29,296 nucleotides of DNA from an uncultured SAR86 cluster bacterium (GTDB taxonomy: Bacteria > Pseudomonadota > Gammaproteobacteria > Magnimaribacterales > D2472), in the NCBI GenBank assembly GCA_938075575.1, contig CALJHI010000118.1, positions 1 through 29,296 on the forward strand, given 5' to 3'. A program made the position numbers and the translations under genes. The notes beneath the pieces are model-generated. The model made no database searches and was not told the DNA's origin. It saw only the letters and a program-made list of their open reading frames with translations. Shown here one piece after another: positions 24,125 to 29,296 of the stretch; position 1 is the first letter of the stretch, and the number at the start of each line of letters is the position of its first letter.

Positions 24125-24935
24125 ATTTTTTACTAAATTCTCTCAATAATGGTGTTATTTTTTGTTTAACTAGATTATTCCTAAAACCATAGAACTGAGG
24201 GTTTAGTATCGAATCTGTCTTACCATAGTCAAGTGGAGTAAAGTCTACTGCTTTTAAGATTACTCCTCCTCTGCTTTGAAGATAGCCATCAGCTGCAGCA
24301 ATATCCCACTCAGAAGTTGGTCCAAATCGAGGGTAAAAATCAGCCTCTCCATTAGCAAGAGAGCAAATTTTTAAAGAACTGCCCTTTTCGATTATATTAA
24401 AAGAGACGCCCGAGCTATTTAAGAAATCTAAAAATAACTTATCTATTTCAGTTTGATGACTCTTGCTCATTACCACCCTTATGGGATCTTTTTCATTAAA
24501 TACATCAACTGGGCGCTTATCATAAATAGATCCGCTCCACATCTTTTTCAACGAGGGGCAGCCAACTATTCCAAATACTGGCTTGCCGTTCTCAATCAGG
24601 CCAATATTTACAGTAAATTCATCAGATTTATTTATAAATTCTCTGGTGCCGTCTAGAGGATCTATAATCCAGAACAATTGATGGCCATGATCTGTATTGT
24701 TGGTAGAAAATGTCTCTTCAGAGATAATGGGTATAGCAGGAGTTAGTTTTTCTAAATCGTCTAAAATAATTTTATTTGCAGCTAAGTCTGCCTTGGTGAC
24801 TGGTGAGCCATCTTTTTTATCCTGCATACCAATATCATTACTTAAATAAATTTTCATTATTGCAGCAGATGATTTCCTTACAGTTTCCTCTAAAGAAGAT
24901 AAAATACTATCAATTAATTTTTTTGAAATTTGCAT
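24117..24935 (-). CDS. cysQ: 3'(2'),5'-bisphosphate nucleotidase CysQ
   Basis: KDGSPVTKADLAAN, PIISEE, FWIIDPLDGTREF, FTVNIGLI, GSSLK, YPRFGPTSEWDIAAAD. Confidence 0.93.
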   Translation of the reverse strand: MQISKKLIDSILSSLEETVRKSSAAIMKIYLSNDIGMQDKKDGSPVTKADLAANKIILDDLEKLTPAIPIISEETFSTNNTDHGHQLFWIIDPLDGTREFINKSDEFTVNIGLIENGKPVFGIVGCPSLKKMWSGSIYDKRPVDVFNEKDPIRVVMSKSHQTEIDKLFLDFLNSSGVSFNIIEKGSSLKICSLANGEADFYPRFGPTSEWDIAAADGYLQSRGGVILKAVDFTPLDYGKTDSILNPQFYGFRNNLVKQKITPLLREFSKKLL

Positions 24936-25598
24936 ATCGTTAATTTAGATAAATATGAGTTTATTTTACTTGATATTGATGGGGTAATCCTAGATCAGTG
25001 CTTTGATAATATTTTTTGGTCAAAATTAGTACCTCGGGAGGTTGCTATTAAATGTGGCATATCTCTAGATAAAGCAAAAATAAAAGTTCAGGAAATGGGC
25101 GAAGAGCTTTCAGGCACTTTGCCTTGGTATGAAATTAGTTATTGGGAAGAATTCTTTGGTATTGATTTAATTGCATGCGCAAGAAGAAATTCCTCTTTAA
25201 TTAATTTTCTCCCAAATGCAGAATTTGCACTAAAAAAAATTTCTAAACTAAAGGCTGAGGTTATTTACTTAACAAACTGTGATGCGAGACTGTTACAAGT
25301 TAAGTCAGAGTCTGTTCCTTTTTTAAAGTACTGCTCATCATTTCAGTCAAGTACTGATCTTAGATTAGTAAAGGAAGATGATTCTTACTGGCCATTGATA
25401 TATAAAAAATTTAAGATCAACCCATCTAAGTCTATTTTCCTGGATGATAATAAAAAGATAATCAATACCGCTAAATCATCTGGACTGTCTGCAGCATATC
25501 ATGTGCTGGAGCCTACATCTGATGGCTCAGTTATATACAGAAGGGATAATGTTAATAGTCTTTGCAGGCTTTCGGATCTTCTTAAAACTAACAGCTAG
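24930..25598 (+). CDS. yrfG: HAD-IA hydrolase, YrfG-like (GMP/IMP nucleotidase)
   Basis: LLDIDGVILD..FDN.FW..LVP, LPWYEISYW, LTN, VKEDDSYW, IFLDD. The TTG start gives MHI..., like the N-terminus of E. coli YrfG, and there is no in-frame ATG before motif I. Confidence 0.82.
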   Translation: MHIVNLDKYEFILLDIDGVILDQCFDNIFWSKLVPREVAIKCGISLDKAKIKVQEMGEELSGTLPWYEISYWEEFFGIDLIACARRNSSLINFLPNAEFALKKISKLKAEVIYLTNCDARLLQVKSESVPFLKYCSSFQSSTDLRLVKEDDSYWPLIYKKFKINPSKSIFLDDNKKIINTAKSSGLSAAYHVLEPTSDGSVIYRRDNVNSLCRLSDLLKTNS

Positions 25599-26712
25599 AA
25601 TCAGGAATATCTGAATAATTTAAAGCATCAAGGATCTTATAATGGATGTCTGTATTATCCATTGTGCCAGTAAAAATACCTGCTCCTGGGCCATACGAAA
25701 AAACGCCAACAGGAATGCCGGTATGACTTCCGGTGCCCCATTGAATTATGATATTGCCTTCAGCTTGATTTAGTATTTGCAATCCGCCAGTCTCATGATC
25801 AGATGTGATAATTAATAACGTATCGTCTCTTGAATTAACAAAATTAATAGCCGCCCCAATCGTTAAATCAAAATCTCTAAACTCTTCTATCATCTTTTTT
25901 GCGTCATTGTCATGGCTAGCCCAGTCAATCTGGCTGCCTTCTGACATAAGAAAAAACCCACTGCACTTACTTGTTTTTTGTGAGAGGATGTGTAGAGCAG
26001 TTTTTGTCATCAATAATTGTGTTGGATTTTCTGGAGACCTGTTGATACCATCACTATCAAAAAGTCCTAGAATTTTTTTTGCATATGGTGGTTCTATTTT
26101 ATTAAGATCGGTAACATCAAAAATATAATCAATATTATCTTTGTGGATAGATGTATTAAAAAAATCTGTTCCTCCTCCAAGCGCAATACTGATATCTGAT
26201 GACTGTAGCTGTGATGCAATTTCTTTTTCTTTGTATCTATAGTCAACATGGGAATAAAAAGCTGCAGGTGTTGCATGGGTTATTGATGATGTTGCGACTA
26301 TTCCTGACAAAAAGCCTTTTTTATAAAGCATCTCTGGCAGTGTAGGCAAAGATTTTTTTTGGGGCGAAACAGAAACATACCTATTATTTGTTTTATGCCC
26401 AGTTGCCCATGATGTGGCTGCTGCAGCTGAATCTGTGATTATGCTGTCTGCTGAATGTGTAAGTGATATTCCTGAAAATGGAAGCTGGTCTATATATAAC
26501 TTAGAACTTTCTCCAACAATTGCCATTCTTGATAGACTAATTTGATTTAATCCAGTTCCATCTCCGATTATAAGAATAATATTTCTAGGATTACCTTTAA
26601 ATTCTTTTATCTCTATTGGGGTCAAAATTTCATTGCCAAAAGGGATTTCTTCTGTGTTTGATCCACAAGCAGAAATTGCAAAAACTAACAAAAACAATAG
26701 ATTGTTTTTCAT
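25588..26712 (-). CDS. phoA: Alkaline phosphatase (PhoA family), compact predicted lipoprotein
   Basis: IIGDGTG, TDSAAAATSWATGHKT (Ser nucleophile), THATPAAF.SH, EGSQIDWASH, TSDHETGG, HTG. ATG 26712 gives MKNNLLFLLVFAISAC (lipobox). Confidence 0.92.
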   Translation of the reverse strand: MKNNLLFLLVFAISACGSNTEEIPFGNEILTPIEIKEFKGNPRNIILIIGDGTGLNQISLSRMAIVGESSKLYIDQLPFSGISLTHSADSIITDSAAAATSWATGHKTNNRYVSVSPQKKSLPTLPEMLYKKGFLSGIVATSSITHATPAAFYSHVDYRYKEKEIASQLQSSDISIALGGGTDFFNTSIHKDNIDYIFDVTDLNKIEPPYAKKILGLFDSDGINRSPENPTQLLMTKTALHILSQKTSKCSGFFLMSEGSQIDWASHDNDAKKMIEEFRDFDLTIGAAINFVNSRDDTLLIITSDHETGGLQILNQAEGNIIIQWGTGSHTGIPVGVFSYGPGAGIFTGTMDNTDIHYKILDALNYSDIPDSSC

Positions 26713-26722
26713 TAAAAAATAG

Positions 26723-27568
26723 TTATTTTGGGTCAAGTGCGTCTAATCTAAGTTTTTTTGTTTCATTTTGAGAGCTAGGGTAAACGTTATTATATATTGC
26801 GCCCTCCCATTTGCCGTACATCGGATTTGTAATCATGAACCATTTTTCTCCCCACATCTTTTTATATTTTAATGAGAGCGCCAGCCTATCTTCAATTGAT
26901 ACAGATGACTCCTCTAGAGAAATAAAATCAGTTATCTGATCTCCAGCCATTAATATAATTCTATAATCTTTTGCAATGAGTGCCCTTCTAGAAGTTTTTT
27001 CAGAGCCCCAGCCGTTCTCCCCTTTCATCATTAAAGGATTTATTTTATCTTCATAGGGCAATCCAAGTTTAATAATGTTTTGTCTAGTAGAATCCCTAAG
27101 CTCTGCGACTCTATTGGTAACATAGAAGATAGTGATATTTTTTGAATCAGCATAATTCAAGAAGCTTTTAACTCCTGCAACTGCTGGTGCTGCAGCTTCA
27201 TTGCCCCACTTGATCCATCCAGTTGGATACGAAAAGCCGCCCAGTATAGCTCTTGCTTGATGCGCAGAGTTATCAAGAACCGTTTCATCTATATCAAGAA
27301 TTATTGCTGGAGGTTTTTCTGAAAAATTTGTTCCTTGCTCAAGCGCTGCGGTCCAGGTTTTCTCTTTTAAAGCTTTGTCTATTTTTGAGGTAGCTGTTTG
27401 ATAGGTTTGTATATTATTAGCTGCATATTCTGGAGCTGTCTGAACAAAAAGAACCGATAACATAGATTGTTCCTGTAGAGATCTTTCTATTTCTTCAGCG
27501 CCTGAAGGGATGCTAAAAAGAAATGTAAGCCAAAAAGTTAATAATTTATTGCTGTTTAATGATTTCAT
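26723..27568 (-). CDS. Class C acid phosphatase / 5'-nucleotidase, e(P4) family
   Basis: ILDIDETVLDN (DxDxT), FYVTNR, KTSRR, AGDQITDF, NPMYGKWE. N-terminal signal peptide. Confidence 0.9.
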   Translation of the reverse strand: MKSLNSNKLLTFWLTFLFSIPSGAEEIERSLQEQSMLSVLFVQTAPEYAANNIQTYQTATSKIDKALKEKTWTAALEQGTNFSEKPPAIILDIDETVLDNSAHQARAILGGFSYPTGWIKWGNEAAAPAVAGVKSFLNYADSKNITIFYVTNRVAELRDSTRQNIIKLGLPYEDKINPLMMKGENGWGSEKTSRRALIAKDYRIILMAGDQITDFISLEESSVSIEDRLALSLKYKKMWGEKWFMITNPMYGKWEGAIYNNVYPSSQNETKKLRLDALDPK

Positions 27569-27576
27569 AAGGTAGT

Positions 27577-27590
27577 AGCATTATAATGCT
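27577..27590. promoter_or_regulatory. Perfect 14-bp palindrome AGCATTATAATGCT in a divergent intergenic region
   Basis: Self-complementary, with TATAAT on both strands (plus 27582-27587; minus 27585-27580). Confidence 0.5.
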
Positions 27591-27613
27591 TATAATTAAT
27601 TTATAGTAAAAAT

Positions 27614-27775
27614 ATGAACGCCGAATTATTAAAAAACTTAGAGCAATTAAAAAAAGACCTAGTATTGCTTAGCAAAGAAAGAAAGGTGGTCTTGTCTCAT
27701 CATAAAACATTTGAACATGTTGAAAAGATGAGAAAAATAGTAAACGAATCAATAGAGCTATCTAAAAATGACTAG
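27614..27775 (+). CDS. Small hypothetical protein, 53 aa
   Basis: Below the track's size cut-off. Translation: MNAELLKNLEQLKKDLVLLSKERKVVLSHHKTFEHVEKMRKIVNESIELSKND. ATG start; it fills an otherwise empty 200-bp gap; its stop overlaps the next ATG (ATGACTAG). Confidence 0.7.
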   Translation: MNAELLKNLEQLKKDLVLLSKERKVVLSHHKTFEHVEKMRKIVNESIELSKND

Positions 27776-28628
27776 CTACGAATGTTTTGATCTTGATATA
27801 AAGGATCATATTGCTCACCTATCCATGAGCAGGCCAGAAGCATTGAATGCTATGTCTAGAGTTTTTTGGAAGGAACTTCCCGAAATAATAAAAGACATTG
27901 ATAGGAATTCACAAGCACGGGTTATTGTTTTGTCAGGCCAAGGAAAGCATTTTAGCGCAGGAATGGATCTAGCTAATTTTATGTCAAATGATAAAAGTGG
28001 TGAAAAAAAAGACCCTGCGAGAATGAGAGAAATTTTTTACCATGAAGTATTGGAGTTACAAGATACATTTTCTGCATTAGAAGAGTGCAGAATGCCAACT
28101 ATAGCTGCTATTCACGGCGCTTGTGTTGGAGGTGCTATTGATATGGCTGCAGCTTGTGATATGAGATATTGCTCAGATGATGCATTCTTTAAGATTGCAG
28201 AGGTTGATATTGGAATAGCTGCAGATGTTGGAACTCTACAAAGGCTGCCATCTTTAATTCCACTGGCAGCAGTTAGAGAGCTTGCATATACTGGAAGAAA
28301 ATTTGATGCAAATGAAGCTAAGGAGCTAGGGCTTGTTAATAAGGTCTTTGACTCGCAAGAAAGCTTAACTGATGAGGTCAACAAAATAGCTGAAAAAATT
28401 GCAAATAAATCACCGCTTGTTACTAGAGTTATAAAAAAACAAATTAATTATTCTAGAGACCACTCTGTAAAAGAATCCCTTGATTATCATGCAGCTTGGA
28501 ATTCTAGCCTTATTAGTTCAAAGGATATGGAAGAGGCAATGAAAGCATATATGAATAAGTCAGATGGAGATTTTGAAGACCTAGAACCAAAGAGATCTTT
28601 TTGGGAGAAAGACGAAAAGCTAATTTAG
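27768..28628 (+). CDS. Crotonase/enoyl-CoA hydratase family, delta(3,5)-delta(2,4)-dienoyl-CoA isomerase-like
   Basis: RPEALNAM, GKHFSAGMDL, AAIHGACVGGAIDMAAACDMRY, AEVDIGIAADVGTLQRLP, RELAYTGRKF. Confidence 0.9.
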   Translation: MTSYECFDLDIKDHIAHLSMSRPEALNAMSRVFWKELPEIIKDIDRNSQARVIVLSGQGKHFSAGMDLANFMSNDKSGEKKDPARMREIFYHEVLELQDTFSALEECRMPTIAAIHGACVGGAIDMAAACDMRYCSDDAFFKIAEVDIGIAADVGTLQRLPSLIPLAAVRELAYTGRKFDANEAKELGLVNKVFDSQESLTDEVNKIAEKIANKSPLVTRVIKKQINYSRDHSVKESLDYHAAWNSSLISSKDMEEAMKAYMNKSDGDFEDLEPKRSFWEKDEKLI

Positions 28629-29296
28629 TCTCTTAAAAAAACTGGTTCTGTCATCGATGAATTCTCTTTTGAAAAATAGTATCCATCTACATTAAACTCA
28701 ATTAGCCTTTCAAAATCTTTAATATCATTTTTTATAATCCATCTTGCCATCAAGCCTCTAGCTTTTTTTGCATAAAAGCTGATGATCTTATATTTTCCAT
28801 TTTTAAAATCTTTAAATGCAGGTGAAATTATATTCAATTCTTCTGGTAGTTTCCCCATAACGCTGAAATACTCTTTGGATGCTAGGTTGATAACCAAATC
28901 AGATTTTTGTGAAGCAAGGTCAGCTAGAACATTATCCTGAATTAAGTCTCCCCAAAACTCATATAGGTTTTTTCCTAATGTGGTTTCTAACTTAGTTCCC
29001 ATCTCAAGCCTGTAAGGTTTAATGACATCCATAGGCTTAAGAATCCCATAAAGCCCTGACAAAATTCTAAGATGTTTTTGAGCAAACTTTAGTTCTTTCG
29101 AATTTAATGTTTCTGCATCTAGCCCTTGGTATACATCACCCTTAAATACAAGTAGAGAGGGTTTTGCAGTCTCAGACACCTTTTTTGATGCTTTCCAGGA
29201 CTGATATCTATCAAAATTTAAAGTTGCAAGCTTGTCACTTAAACCCATTAAACTTGCGATATCTTTTGGCTCTTTTTCTTTAAGAACTTTAATTAA
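28625..29296 (-). CDS. yaaA: Peroxide stress protein YaaA (5' end beyond the window)
   Basis: FKGDVYQGL, LRILSGLYGILKPMD.I.PYRLEMGT, LYEFWG, INLASKEY, IISFYAKKARGLMARW. The frame stays open upstream of the track start (LIKVLKEKEPKDIASL-MGLS) to base 29296. Confidence 0.93.
   Translation of the reverse strand, partial: LIKVLKEKEPKDIASLMGLSDKLATLNFDRYQSWKASKKVSETAKPSLLVFKGDVYQGLDAETLNSKELKFAQKHLRILSGLYGILKPMDVIKPYRLEMGTKLETTLGKNLYEFWGDLIQDNVLADLASQKSDLVINLASKEYFSVMGKLPEELNIISPAFKDFKNGKYKIISFYAKKARGLMARWIIKNDIKDFERLIEFNVDGYYFSKENSSMTEPVFLRD

Noticed and set aside
22826-26276. Remaining track ORFs 22826-23074, 24453-24656, 25805-26128 and 26094-26276
   Set aside because: Nested in trmB, cysQ and phoA in other frames or strands, with no motifs.
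26713-26736. TTG-start extension of phoA overlapping the acid phosphatase stop
   Set aside because: ATG 26712 gives a typical lipoprotein signal length; no evidence for a fusion or read-through.
1-29296. tRNA, rRNA, CRISPR array, riboswitch, IS element, defence island
   Set aside because: The largest non-coding gap is 134 bp, and no cloverleaf, spaced repeats, terminal inverted repeats, transposase or nuclease ORFs were seen.

Overview
AT-rich (by eye about one-third G+C, not computed), extremely compact chromosomal segment of a streamlined gammaproteobacterium. Gene order follows Pseudomonas-like blocks and the gene content suggests a marine oligotroph such as SAR86 (inference). It holds 35 protein-coding genes and is mostly housekeeping. 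In order: an FTR1 iron permease (partial, missed by the ORF track) with a Fur-like palindrome in its promoter; dadA; a HAD hydrolase; rppH-tauE-lgt-thyA-folA; a six-gene TtpBC/ExbBD/TonB/TPR energizer operon; a DUF1295 gene; an ACE-like M2 lipoprotein peptidase; efp-argS-SPOR-yggS-proC-yggT-metX-metW-rdgB-hemW; trmB-rpoH-cysQ; yrfG; tandem class C acid and alkaline phosphatases; a 53-aa unannotated ORF; a dienoyl-CoA-isomerase-like crotonase; and yaaA (partial). I saw no rRNA, tRNA, CRISPR, IS element or prophage. I cannot demonstrate a wholly new multi-gene system. The best leads are: (1) a thymidylate synthase with T4-phage-type indels in the normal lgt-thyA-folA slot (possible xenologous replacement by a phage gene); (2) an ACE-type peptidase coupled to DUF1295 ahead of a receptor-less TonB operon; (3) a four-phosphatase cluster including a His/Trp-type alkaline phosphatase; (4) a 53-aa coupled ORF; (5) two divergent genes whose start codons interlock within 6 bp.
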